DNA of 32,000 nucleotides. Source: Thermodesulfobacteriota bacterium (GTDB lineage: Bacteria > Desulfobacterota > WTBG01 > JAGOGO01). Below are positions 8,444-17,566 of the stretch, piece after piece. The stretch covers positions 855,622 through 887,621 of the forward strand of contig CP113000.1 in NCBI GenBank assembly GCA_026625185.1, in the 5' to 3' direction. Position numbers and translations under genes: made by a program. Position 1 is the first letter of the stretch. Each line of letters opens with the position of its first letter. A model generated the notes under the pieces. It made no database searches. It saw only the letters and a list, made by a program, of their open reading frames with translations, and was not told the DNA's origin.

Positions 8444-9314
8444 TCAACATCCCCGCAATCCCCTTACCATTTCTTACCTCTTAAATCACGCGACCGAAAT
8501 ATTATCTCAACTTCAACTCCCAACTCCCCGATTGGATGCGGAAGTTTTACTGGCCCAGGTGCTTCAAACTGATCGTAAGGGCTTATTCCTTTCCTATGCC
8601 GATATAGTTCCTAAAGAACAGCAAGAAACGTTTCAAAATTTACTATCTCGGAGGATTAAAGGAGAACCGGTCTCATATATTATTGGGAGAAAAGAGTTTT
8701 GGTCTTTAACGTTTAAGGTTAATCCAGCGGTTATGATTCCGCGGCCGGAAACTGAGACCCTTATTGAAGAGACTCTCAAAATTTTCTCTACTCAGTCATC
8801 TCCCTCTATTTTAGAGATCGGGACCGGAAGCGGCGCAATCTCAATTGCCTTAGCTACTGAACTTTCCCAGGCATCAATTATTGCCATTGACATCTCTCCG
8901 GAAGCGCTTTCCGCAGCAGAGGAGAATGCTTTTTCGCATGGCGTGCGCTCCATACGGTTCATTAAGGGAAACCTTTTTGAGCCATTAGATGGGGAAAACA
9001 AAATATTCGATCTCATTATTTCCAATCCCCCGTATATTCCCACCGATGCAATCCCTCACTTACCTCCGGGAATCCGCAATTATGAACCCCTCATTGCTTT
9101 TGATGGAGGGGCCGATGGGTTAGAAGTATATCGAAAGATTATCCGAGAAGCTCATAACCACCTTAAGAACGGCGGTCATCTGCTATTAGAAGTTGGAAGA
9201 GGTCAATATCCAGTAGTTTCGGAGATAATTTCCGAAAACAAAAAATTTTCTCTCCCTGAAATCATAAATGACCTCTCCGGTATTGAACGGGTGGTTAAGA
9301 CATATCGGATTTAG
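8439..9314 (+). CDS. prmC: Release-factor glutamine N5-methyltransferase PrmC/HemK; the start is uncertain, proposed as ATT 8439
   Basis: The NPPY catalytic motif (SNPPYIP) and the SAM motif ([14 protein letters not shown]) are present. The frame stays open back to 8436. The extra residues (..[29 protein letters not shown]) align with the conserved PrmC N-terminus. There is no ATG, GTG or TTG between 8436 and 8531. ATT 8439..8441 has GGGAGG (8425..8430) 8 nt upstream and overlaps the prfA TAA. The conservative canonical start is TTG 8532. Confidence 0.9.
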   Translation: MNQHPRNPLTISYLLNHATEILSQLQLPTPRLDAEVLLAQVLQTDRKGLFLSYADIVPKEQQETFQNLLSRRIKGEPVSYIIGRKEFWSLTFKVNPAVMIPRPETETLIEETLKIFSTQSSPSILEIGTGSGAISIALATELSQASIIAIDISPEALSAAEENAFSHGVRSIRFIKGNLFEPLDGENKIFDLIISNPPYIPTDAIPHLPPGIRNYEPLIAFDGGADGLEVYRKIIREAHNHLKNGGHLLLEVGRGQYPVVSEIISENKKFSLPEIINDLSGIERVVKTYRI

Positions 9315-9392
9315 AGATACAGGTTCATTTCAAACAACCTGAAAAACCTTCCAAAAACGCAACCGATTAATGGTGTCGCTTGCCTTAAAAAA

Positions 9393-10718
9393 TTACCTTA
9401 CCAGAAGCACGATCATATCCATAACATTGGTCTTAGTTGGCCCGGTGATGATGAGGTCATTAAGCTCTTTAAAAAAATGGAAGGAGTCATTATTATCAAG
9501 GTAATGGTAAGGGTCAAGGCCTAATTTTTGAGCCCGTTCCACCATCTTCCAATCCGCGAAAGCACCAGCAGCTTCAGTCGGCCCGTCAGTGCCGTCAGTT
9601 CCCGCGCTAAAGACCGCCGCTCCTTTCCATCCCGCTATTTCAATACCACCGGCGAGGGTAAACTCCTGGTTTCTTCCTCCTTTGCCCCTACCCCGAATCG
9701 TTACGGTTGTTTCACCGCCGGAAATAATGCATGCCGGACGGGAAATTGGCCTCCCAGACGTTATGACTTCTTTTAAGATTGCGGCGTGCGTTTTTGCTGC
9801 TTCGCTTGCCTCCCCTTCTACAAAAGAGGAGAGAAGTAGAGTGTTATAACCCAATGTTTTTGCCTTTTTTTCAGCGGCTTCTAAGCATTGGCTATTGATT
9901 CCGACGATCAAATAAATACTTTTTTTAAAAATACCATCCCTTGGTTTGGGGGTCTCTGGTGCTTTGCCACTCGCCCCCATAAGGATGTGCTTTCGAACCG
10001 CACGAGGAATAATCGGGAGGAGATGGTATCGCTCAAGTATTTTTTTGCATTCGAGAAACGTACTGGTATCAGCAACCGTAGGCCCAGAAGCAATTATCCC
10101 AAGGTCGCTTCCAATGACATCCGAAACAAGCAAAGAAATCAGGGTGGCCGGATATACGGCTCGCGCCAAACCACCTCCTTTAATTTGGGAAAGGTGCTTT
10201 CTTATCCGGTTAATTTCATGAATAGAAGCGCCGCAACCTAAGAGCGCCTTGGTGGTGTCCTGTTTTTCTTTCAAGCTTATTCCGACAACGGGCAAAGGAA
10301 GTAGCGCTGACCCCCCGCCGGATAGCGCACAAAAAACAAGGTCATTTTTGCCTAGCGTCGTGGCGAGATTCATTAAGACCTGAGCACCCTGAAGACCATT
10401 TTCATCAGGAACCGGATGCCCGGCTTCCACAACTTTTATTTTTTTTAAAGCAGCCCCATAGCCATATTTAACTATTACCAGTCCGCCATTTAGTCTATCC
10501 CCCAGTATTTCTTCTAATGCCAGCGCCATATAGGCACTGGCTTTCCCGGCTCCGATAACATAGATGTTTTTAAAAGCAGATAGATTAAAGGTGTGGTTGG
10601 GGAGATGGAGAAAATCACCTTCAACCTTTAAATAATGCTTGACTGCTTTATAAGGTTCAACAGCCTTTACCCCAGCTTTAAAAATAGTTAAGCAATCTTT
10701 TTTTAAACTTTTTTTCAT
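9393..10718 (-). CDS. Glycerate 2-kinase / hydroxypyruvate-reductase-like protein (DUF4147 + MOFRL family)
   Basis: 441 aa. The N-terminus (IFKAGVKAVEPYKAV) and the segments GAGKAS and LSGGGSALL are present. The C-terminal MOFRL-type strings SGGETTV and GKGGRNQEF..AGTDGTDGPT are characteristic of this family. Confidence 0.85.
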   Translation of the reverse strand: MKKSLKKDCLTIFKAGVKAVEPYKAVKHYLKVEGDFLHLPNHTFNLSAFKNIYVIGAGKASAYMALALEEILGDRLNGGLVIVKYGYGAALKKIKVVEAGHPVPDENGLQGAQVLMNLATTLGKNDLVFCALSGGGSALLPLPVVGISLKEKQDTTKALLGCGASIHEINRIRKHLSQIKGGGLARAVYPATLISLLVSDVIGSDLGIIASGPTVADTSTFLECKKILERYHLLPIIPRAVRKHILMGASGKAPETPKPRDGIFKKSIYLIVGINSQCLEAAEKKAKTLGYNTLLLSSFVEGEASEAAKTHAAILKEVITSGRPISRPACIISGGETTVTIRGRGKGGRNQEFTLAGGIEIAGWKGAAVFSAGTDGTDGPTEAAGAFADWKMVERAQKLGLDPYHYLDNNDSFHFFKELNDLIITGPTKTNVMDMIVLLVR

Positions 10719-10756
10719 AATTCATTACTTGTGTTGTTGTAATTTTAGCTTGCTTA

Positions 10757-10785
10757 TTGACTAAAAGGTTATTCATTAGTATATC
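10757..10785 (+). promoter_or_regulatory. Candidate sigma70 promoter for the 10821..12041 gene
   Basis: TTGACT (10757..10762), a 17-nt spacer, then TATATC (10780..10785). AAGGAGGA follows 5 nt before the ATG at 10821. Confidence 0.4.
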
Positions 10786-10820
10786 ATAATAAAGAAAAAA
10801 CAAAAAAAGGAGGAAATACT

Positions 10821-12041
10821 ATGGCTGATTTTTTCCAAAATGGTTCCATCGCCACCTTCCAGACCCTTATCAAAAGACCCTTGGAAGACATTGAACATGA
10901 GTTGAAGGGATTCGGAAAAAATAACAAGATGGTTCTTTTGTTACCAGCGCTATACTCTGAATTTGAAGGTCCTGCCATGCCGAGAATCTTGGAAGAACTC
11001 AAAAACATTAACTACCTCTATAAAATAGTGCTTTCCCTTGATCGGGCGAACAAAGCTCAATTTGAAAAGGTTAAGGAGCTAATCTCCCGACTCCCTGGAG
11101 ATACAATTGTCATATGGCATGATGGCCCGAGAATGCAGGCATTATACAAAGAATTAAAAAAGGCCGGTATTTTAATAGACATGCCGGGTAAAGGAAGATC
11201 GGTATGGATGTCCTTAGGGTATATCCTTGACGATCCAGAAGTCTATGCCATTGGATTGCATGATTGTGATATTGTGAACTACAAGAGAGAAATTGTGGCT
11301 AAGCTCTTTTACCCCATTGTTCACCCGGCATTAGACTTCGAATTTAGCAAGGGTTATTACGCCCGGGTAACAAAAAAACTTTACGGAAGAGTTACGAGAC
11401 TTTTTTATACCCCTTTAATCAGATCATTAAAAAAAATCGTTGGATTTCACCCATTCTTGGAATACTTAGATAGTTTTCGATTCGCCTTAGCCGGGGAGTT
11501 TGCGTTTTTGGCAATTTTAGCCCGCGGAATACGGATATCTCCAACCTGGGGCCTTGAGGTTTCAATGCTTAGTGAAGTTTATACAAAAACTTCTGTTAAT
11601 AGAGTAGCGCAGGTTGAGATCATCGATACCTATGAACACAAACATCAGGTAATAAAAATAAAAAATAATACCGAATCGGGGCTATTAAAAATGGCGACTG
11701 ACATAGGAAAAACGTTATTTCGCGTTCTTAGCCAAGATGGAATTGAAATGAGCGATGCTTTCTTTCGAACCGTGTTAACTACCTACATTCAGGAAGCTTG
11801 GTTTGCCATTGAAAAATATAATGGGTTGGCGATGCTGAATGGCTTGAATTATGATCGCCATGCAGAAATTGAAGCCATCGAGGCATTTGTGGGAACTCTT
11901 AAGAAAGGAATAAGTGAGTTTAAAAAAGATCCGGTAGGAATCCCTATGCTGTCGGCCTGGGTAAGAATCAATGCCGCCTTACCTGATTTTTCACAGAGAA
12001 TTGCGGGAGCCGTGGGATTAGACAATAAACCAAACGATTGA
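10821..12041 (+). CDS. Glycosyl-3-phosphoglycerate synthase-type glycosyltransferase (GpgS/MpgS-like, for glucosylglycerate or mannosylglycerate synthesis)
   Basis: 406 aa. The opening MADFFQNGSIATFQTL, then PGKGRSVWMSLGY, HDCDIVNYKRE and KGYYARV..GRVTRLF match my recollection of the roughly 400-aa cyanobacterial/Persephonella-type GpgS proteins. I cannot distinguish sugar specificity from sequence alone. Confidence 0.6.
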   Translation: MADFFQNGSIATFQTLIKRPLEDIEHELKGFGKNNKMVLLLPALYSEFEGPAMPRILEELKNINYLYKIVLSLDRANKAQFEKVKELISRLPGDTIVIWHDGPRMQALYKELKKAGILIDMPGKGRSVWMSLGYILDDPEVYAIGLHDCDIVNYKREIVAKLFYPIVHPALDFEFSKGYYARVTKKLYGRVTRLFYTPLIRSLKKIVGFHPFLEYLDSFRFALAGEFAFLAILARGIRISPTWGLEVSMLSEVYTKTSVNRVAQVEIIDTYEHKHQVIKIKNNTESGLLKMATDIGKTLFRVLSQDGIEMSDAFFRTVLTTYIQEAWFAIEKYNGLAMLNGLNYDRHAEIEAIEAFVGTLKKGISEFKKDPVGIPMLSAWVRINAALPDFSQRIAGAVGLDNKPND

Positions 12042-12064
12042 CCGAAAGATTTTCTGCGGTCCGG

Positions 12065-13861
12065 TTATTGCTCGCTTTTCCTTCTCATAATTTCCTGATT
12101 ATAGGCCTGACTTAAGTCGTCATGTCGCAATACCCCCAAGACCTGATTGGGCTTTTCTTCTGAATTTACGACTAAAAGTTCTTCCTGGTTAGTTTTTAAA
12201 AACTTCAGCAGTGCCTCGTAGAGATTGTTTTCCGGGGCCAAAGTCTCGGCGGGAATCATCAAGTCTTCAGCAATAAGCAGCTGCTCAAGTCCCACCTCAA
12301 AGACAATCGGACGGGCATGCTGCCAGTTGATGCACCCAATTAATTCCCCTTTCTCATCACTAACTGGGAAACACCGCTCGGTTGATTCAGCAAAAACTTT
12401 TTTCAGTTCCCCATAAGGGGCTTTTTTTGAGATGGGGTGTATATTTTTAGGCTTATATATTTCTTTCACCTTCATCTCAGCCAAGACATTAATGGTGAAG
12501 TCCCCGACATGTGCTGGGGATTGGAGCCGACTTTCTACCTGTTTTTGGTAAATGGAATATTTTTTGTTAAAAAGGATCGCCATAAAGGAAACGAGCATAA
12601 GGGGAGCGATAAGGCCATAACCTTGCGTCATCTCCGAACACATCAGAAGCGAACCGATCGGGGCGTGGGCTACTCCCGCAAAAAACGATGCCATCCCTAC
12701 CACAACAAAAGCACCCGGATGAGATACGATTGCCGGATAAAAATGGTGGGCAATAAACCCAACCATTCCCCCAATCATCCCGCCAATAAAAAGAGTTGGG
12801 CCAAAAACCCCTCCAGAGCCGCCAGAAGAAATGGTGAAGCTGGTGGCAAAAATTTTCATAAAAATGAGAAGGACCATTATTCCAATGACCAATTTGCCCA
12901 GGATAGCCAGTTGAATCCAACCCCACCCATCTCCGTAAACCTGAGGGTAGAGTAACCCAATTATCCCAACCCCTAATCCACCCAGCATCGGCTTAAAACA
13001 TCGTGGTATTTGAAAAGAATCAAAAAGGGTTTTCATCCCATAAAAAATTTTTACGTAAAAAACTCCAATAGGAATACAGATCATTCCCAATAATAAATAA
13101 AAAATTAATTCTTTTGGATTTGAAAATGTGTAGTTAAGAAAGTAAAAAATGGGTTGAGAACCAAAAAAAACAGTAAAAATGATGTACGCAGTAATTGAAC
13201 TAATAATGGTCGGTATCAGGGCTTCAGTTTCGAAATCCCGGCGATAAAGAACTTCAATGGAGGTGAGCGCCCCTCCGAGCGGAGCTCTAAAAATAGCTGA
13301 AAGACCCCCTCCGCAATTAGCTAACAGCAAAATTCTCCGCTCCTTATCACTGAGACCTAATAAAGTGGCAATCTTTGAGCCAATGCCGGCACCAATTTGG
13401 GCAATCGGTCCTTCCCTTCCTGCACTTCCGCCACCGGACAGGGTAAGAAGGGTGGCAATTCCCTTTATTAAGGGCACCCGGCCGCGGATAATTCCTTTTT
13501 TATTGTGAAAAGCATCAATCATGGCGTCAGTTCCATGGCCTTCAGCCTCAGGAGCAAAGCGGTAAACGATCAGACCGCTTAATAATCCTGCAACTACAGG
13601 AAGAAGAAAAAAAATCCACTGGTGAAAGTGAAGGTTCGTGCTGCTTTCTAAAATCCGTTCTCCTTCAGGCGCCGGGGAGGCAAAACCAGCAAGAACATGC
13701 ATGGTAAAGTGTTTACCCAGTTGGAGAAGATAAAAAAAACCCACTGCGGTCAATCCTGACAACACCCCGATGAAGATACCCAATATCAGCCATCGGGAGA
13801 CATTTTCCGGGGAAAAAAGTTGTGACCAATTATTGATTGCCTTTTTCAGTGTAGTTTTCAT
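12065..13861 (-). CDS. ClC-family chloride channel / Cl-/H+ antiporter with a C-terminal CBS pair
   Basis: 598 aa with multiple TM segments. ClC selectivity motifs are present: GSAGREGP, GGVFGPTLFIG (GxFxP) and the G(S/K)EGP-type context. The soluble C-terminal tail of about 150 aa has CBS-like repeats. Confidence 0.9.
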   Translation of the reverse strand: MKTTLKKAINNWSQLFSPENVSRWLILGIFIGVLSGLTAVGFFYLLQLGKHFTMHVLAGFASPAPEGERILESSTNLHFHQWIFFLLPVVAGLLSGLIVYRFAPEAEGHGTDAMIDAFHNKKGIIRGRVPLIKGIATLLTLSGGGSAGREGPIAQIGAGIGSKIATLLGLSDKERRILLLANCGGGLSAIFRAPLGGALTSIEVLYRRDFETEALIPTIISSITAYIIFTVFFGSQPIFYFLNYTFSNPKELIFYLLLGMICIPIGVFYVKIFYGMKTLFDSFQIPRCFKPMLGGLGVGIIGLLYPQVYGDGWGWIQLAILGKLVIGIMVLLIFMKIFATSFTISSGGSGGVFGPTLFIGGMIGGMVGFIAHHFYPAIVSHPGAFVVVGMASFFAGVAHAPIGSLLMCSEMTQGYGLIAPLMLVSFMAILFNKKYSIYQKQVESRLQSPAHVGDFTINVLAEMKVKEIYKPKNIHPISKKAPYGELKKVFAESTERCFPVSDEKGELIGCINWQHARPIVFEVGLEQLLIAEDLMIPAETLAPENNLYEALLKFLKTNQEELLVVNSEEKPNQVLGVLRHDDLSQAYNQEIMRRKSEQ

Positions 13862-13963
13862 AATTCGTATTTCTGTTTATTGTTTTTGGAAATAATACTA
13901 ACCCAGATGGGAGTGTCAGAAAAAACAAGTTCGTTGAGATAATAATCTTACAGTGCCCGCCTT

Positions 13964-15004
13964 TCACTTAGCCTTTTCTTGCATATATACTGTTCTTATC
14001 GGAAAAGGAATTTCTATGCCTTCTTTCCTGAAACGTTGATGGAGCCTTTTTACAAACTCATGTTTTATTAAGTATTGATCTACCACTTCTTTTGCCCGGA
14101 GAATCACCGAAAAATTGATGCTAAAGTCAGCAAACGTATGGTAACGAATAAATGGTTCAAATTCCGGGACACCTCCCTGAACCTCACGCATGGTTTCCTT
14201 CCCTACCTCAATAGTTGTTTTCTCAACTTTTTCCAGGTCACTGTCATAACTCACGCCAACCTGGATAAGCACCGCCATTTCCTTTTCCGGGGAATAATAA
14301 TTGGTAACAATAGTTGAGGCGAGTTTAGCGTTCGGAATGACTATCATGTTGTTGGGAAGCGCCCTGATGGTGGTATTTCTCCAGGTTATATCCATCACGT
14401 ACCCTTCTTCACCGCTCTCGACCTTCACATAATCGCCGATTCTCAATTTTCTGGAGGCAATAATATGAATCCCTGCAAAAAGATTGGAAAGGGTATCTTG
14501 AAGGGCAAGCGCAACCGCCAGCCCGCCAACTCCTAAAGCCGTAAGCAGAGGGGTAATCGAAATTCCCAAAGACTGAAGAATGATAAGGATACCGAGGAAA
14601 AAAACCAGAAACTTAATGAGATTGGAACATATTGAAGTCGAAACAAAAACCCCACCCACCTTTTCACTATAGAGATTTACAAACCCAATGGCAATTCTTG
14701 CTAAAACCACGGTACCGGAAAAAATAACCGAGATCAGCAAGACCTTATGAATAATACTTAAAAGGGTTGGGTTTATCGCGATATTGTGGATTGCGCCATA
14801 GAGACCAGCAATAAAAAACCAAAAAATCAGCATCTTGTGGATTGCATGAATGATAACCTCATCACCTTTCCACTTTGTTTTGTGAGCGATTGTTTTAATT
14901 TTTTTAAGAATGATTTTTTCAAAGATCACCCCCAAAAGCAACCCACCAACAAGAAACCCTAATGATACAGCTATGTTTTTAATAAGATAAAATTCACTTT
15001 CCAT
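13964..15004 (-). CDS. Small-conductance mechanosensitive channel (MscS family)
   Basis: 346 aa with N-terminal TM helices. The pore-helix and beta-domain signature ALALQDTLSNLFAGIHIIASRKLRIGDYVKV....GYVMDITWRNTTIR is typical of MscS. Confidence 0.92.
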   Translation of the reverse strand: MESEFYLIKNIAVSLGFLVGGLLLGVIFEKIILKKIKTIAHKTKWKGDEVIIHAIHKMLIFWFFIAGLYGAIHNIAINPTLLSIIHKVLLISVIFSGTVVLARIAIGFVNLYSEKVGGVFVSTSICSNLIKFLVFFLGILIILQSLGISITPLLTALGVGGLAVALALQDTLSNLFAGIHIIASRKLRIGDYVKVESGEEGYVMDITWRNTTIRALPNNMIVIPNAKLASTIVTNYYSPEKEMAVLIQVGVSYDSDLEKVEKTTIEVGKETMREVQGGVPEFEPFIRYHTFADFSINFSVILRAKEVVDQYLIKHEFVKRLHQRFRKEGIEIPFPIRTVYMQEKAK

Positions 15005-15384
15005 TTACTATCCTTTTTTAAAATTTTAAAAATTTATAGACACCTCTAAAGATAGTCCTTTTTTGCAAAATCAAGTTCATATGGGTGAAAGTGAATTAAA
15101 AAACATAATGCTCTGGGCGATGATGAACATTTTCAGTGTTTCAATCATGGTTAGGCAATTTCATGCCACCTTGTAGAGGGTGAAGAAATCGGCCTTCATG
15201 CATGGTTCGGCACACACGTATCCTGTCATGCCAAATGCTTTCTCAGGCGGTGCAACTTGAATTTGATTCCACCTAACTCTGCCCCTCTTCCTCTTATAGA
15301 TCGAGCGGGTTTTTTGTTTTCTTTGATATCGAAAACAACTTACACTTTTACAAATAAGAAGGGCGCTGGTTTCCCTATGTATGT

Positions 15385-16242
15385 CTATCTTTTCTGTAAA
15401 TCACCGACGCCTATAAATGGCACTGCCCCACTACCAGTAACCTGCGGGAGTATCCCGTTCCATTTATCTATAGCCTTGAGATTTGCCTCTATCTTTCTAA
15501 GCTCAATAAGGTCTGGTGAAATATTTTCTTTCTGCAGCTTTAAGGACTCTGCCTCTGCCTTTGCTGCTGTAATCTTCTGTTCTGCCTCTATCTTTACCCT
15601 CTCCAAGTCCCTGGTTGCCTTCAGGGCAAGCTGTTCTGCTGTCTGCTTTGACTCAATGGCTTCCATAAATATCTTGGAGAAGCTGAAACCGACGATAGAG
15701 AATGCATCAACTGCTATATTATTCGCTATGAGCCTTTCAGTAAGATTTAATTTCATTGCATCGCTTACCGCTGCCCTCTTTGTGATAAGCTCTTCTGCGG
15801 TGTACCTTGCTGTCACGGCCTTTACTACCTCCTGGACTGCAGGGTCTATGATTCGCTCTTTAAACTCTATGCCGAGGGACTGATAGACAATATTTGCCTT
15901 ATCAGGCACTATGTGATAGTTAATTGCAACAGTAGAGCTTACATCCTGAAGGTTGGATGATGCGGCGGCTGCATTTGTCTCTGCTTTCTGAACCTTAACA
16001 TCCATTGTTACAACCCTCTGCATTATAGGCACCCTGAAATGAAGTCCCTCTCCAAGTACAACCTTTTGGACAGCACCAAAATTAAGGACAACCCCTCTTT
16101 CGCCTGCCCCAATCTGAACCCATGGATGTAAAAACAGGAAAAACACCAGAATTGCCCCAATAATTATTACCAACCTCATGGGTACTTGATTTATTGCAGA
16201 ATGCATTGCCTCCTTGGCTCTGTAAACATCTCTTTCATCCAT
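15385..16242 (-). CDS. SPFH/Band-7 (prohibitin-like) membrane scaffold protein
   Basis: 285 aa with an N-terminal TM segment. The SPFH core is ERGVVLNFGAVQKVVLGEGLHFRVPIMQRVVTMDVKVQ. A C-terminal Ala/Glu-rich coiled coil follows. A strong AGGAGGT SD is present. Codon usage is visibly different from the adjacent treT. Confidence 0.9.
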   Translation of the reverse strand: MDERDVYRAKEAMHSAINQVPMRLVIIIGAILVFFLFLHPWVQIGAGERGVVLNFGAVQKVVLGEGLHFRVPIMQRVVTMDVKVQKAETNAAAASSNLQDVSSTVAINYHIVPDKANIVYQSLGIEFKERIIDPAVQEVVKAVTARYTAEELITKRAAVSDAMKLNLTERLIANNIAVDAFSIVGFSFSKIFMEAIESKQTAEQLALKATRDLERVKIEAEQKITAAKAEAESLKLQKENISPDLIELRKIEANLKAIDKWNGILPQVTGSGAVPFIGVGDLQKR

Positions 16243-16327
16243 TATGTTACCTCCTTTTTAGTTTAGCGGCTGCCAGGCAACTGCTTTAATAAAATACATT
16301 AACCGGCATTCTCCATATCAAAATAAT

Positions 16328-17566
16328 TTATACTAAAATTGTATGGGTTTTCCCTTTGCGCAGAAGAAAAAGAATCAACGTAAGGTATTCACGAAGGTGC
16401 CGGGTCAAAAGAAAATTTTCCCGGACAAATTCTTGAGCTGTTTTTCCCATTTCTTTCATCCTGCCGGGGTGATGAAGAAGAAAACGAATCCAATGAGCAG
16501 CTCCTTCCGGGGTATTAACAAGAAATCCGGTATGATTATCAATGACCTGGCGTTGAATGCCGCCAACATCGCCCCCAATCACCGGCTTCCCTTTCCATAG
16601 CCCTTCGGTAACGGTTAGGCCAAAACCCTCTTTGGTAGACTTCTGGATAATGATATCTGCCAATCTTTGTAGCGCATTGATCGTACGGTGAGCATTTGGG
16701 GGTAAAAGAAGTATATGAATATCAGGATCATTTTCCGCCGCTTCTAACACCTCCTCCATGACCTCTTTTCCTTCCGGGTCATCGCTTGCTCCTCCTCCGG
16801 CAAGAACAAGCTGAGCCGGGATTATCTTACGAACCAGCCGGTACGCCTGTATTACTCCAATCGGATCCTTAAACCGGTCAAACCGTGATATCTGGACAAG
16901 CAGGGGGCGCTGCAGGTCAAGATCGTATTCAGCGCGCACCGATTCTAATTCGAGTGGGGTTAATTCAATATTTTTATCACTGAGAGGGTCAATACTTGGT
17001 GCCACAAGAAACTGGTCATGAGGTAATGGCTGGGCGAATTGATTCATAGAAAAAATACTGGCATCAAACTTTTCCACAAATGGTTTGAGGGCTTTCCACA
17101 CCGGCCGGAAAGGATGGCTGATATCAATATGAGCGCGCCAGATCCATTTGCCTTTCCGCTCAGGGCAGAGGCTTAAAAGCGGAGCGGGTTGGGGATCATG
17201 GATTACCACAATATCGGCCTCAGTTAAAATTTCCTTCAGTTCCTGAAAATTCTGCGCATTTATTTCAAAATAAGTGTCCCAATCCTTTTTTTTAATTACC
17301 ACGGGTTCTCCTTGCAGGCCGTTATGGATCGATTTCGTTATCGTGAAAAACTCCGTGTTCCCTTTGATCACTTCCCAACAAGTATCAATCCCGATATCTT
17401 GCATCAGCGGAACCATCCACATGAGGATCTCAGCAACGCCGCCGCCTTCCCGGGTTGAATTGATATGCACCACACGAGTGTCTTTAAGCTTTTCTCCTAA
17501 CCGGCAAAGCTGCTGGATGACTGAAGGACCAACAATATTTTCGTAAGCCTCCAAGGATAATTTCAT
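16328..17566 (-). CDS. treT: Trehalose glycosyltransferring synthase (TreT-type GT4 glycosyltransferase)
   Basis: 412 aa. The segment VVHINSTREGGGVAEILMWMVPLMQDIGIDTCWEVIKGNTEFFTITKSIHNGLQG matches the TreT N-terminal signature as I recall it from Thermococcales TreT. A GT-B C-terminal E-x7-E-type region is present (STKEGFGLTVTEGLWKGKPVI). Confidence 0.8.
   Translation of the reverse strand: MKLSLEAYENIVGPSVIQQLCRLGEKLKDTRVVHINSTREGGGVAEILMWMVPLMQDIGIDTCWEVIKGNTEFFTITKSIHNGLQGEPVVIKKKDWDTYFEINAQNFQELKEILTEADIVVIHDPQPAPLLSLCPERKGKWIWRAHIDISHPFRPVWKALKPFVEKFDASIFSMNQFAQPLPHDQFLVAPSIDPLSDKNIELTPLELESVRAEYDLDLQRPLLVQISRFDRFKDPIGVIQAYRLVRKIIPAQLVLAGGGASDDPEGKEVMEEVLEAAENDPDIHILLLPPNAHRTINALQRLADIIIQKSTKEGFGLTVTEGLWKGKPVIGGDVGGIQRQVIDNHTGFLVNTPEGAAHWIRFLLHHPGRMKEMGKTAQEFVRENFLLTRHLREYLTLILFLLRKGKTHTILV

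Noticed and set aside
8532-9314. TTG 8532 as the prmC start, as in the ORF track
   Set aside because: It would remove about 30 residues that align with the conserved PrmC N-terminus, and it has no SD. I keep it as the conservative fallback because it is the first canonical start codon.
9320-9341. Hairpin CAGGTT..AACCTG between the convergent prmC and glycerate kinase genes, considered as a bidirectional terminator
   Set aside because: The stem is only 6 bp. The adjacent homopolymer run is on the wrong side for both strands: A's follow it on the plus strand, and T's precede it on the minus strand.
12437-12955. 172-aa plus-strand ORF and 119-aa minus-strand alternative-frame ORF (12567..12926) inside the ClC gene
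   Set aside because: Both overlap the ClC coding region, which carries the diagnostic GREGP and GxFxP motifs. Their translations are compositionally odd and have no motifs.
15282-15320. Terminator-like hairpin on the plus strand (CCCCTC..GAGcGGG followed by TTTTTTGTTTT) in the SPFH-MscS spacer, with small ORFs nearby (a 31-aa plus-strand ORF at 15081..15176 and 22- to 23-aa minus-strand ORFs)
   Set aside because: The stem is only 6 bp with a bulge and a 15-nt loop. No plus-strand gene lies upstream, and the small ORFs lack SDs. An sRNA remains possible, but the sequence alone does not support one.
15257-15883. 208-aa ORF on the plus strand
   Set aside because: It is antisense to the SPFH/prohibitin gene. 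The translation is Ser/Ala/Phe-rich and low-complexity with no motifs, and it starts in non-coding DNA without an SD.
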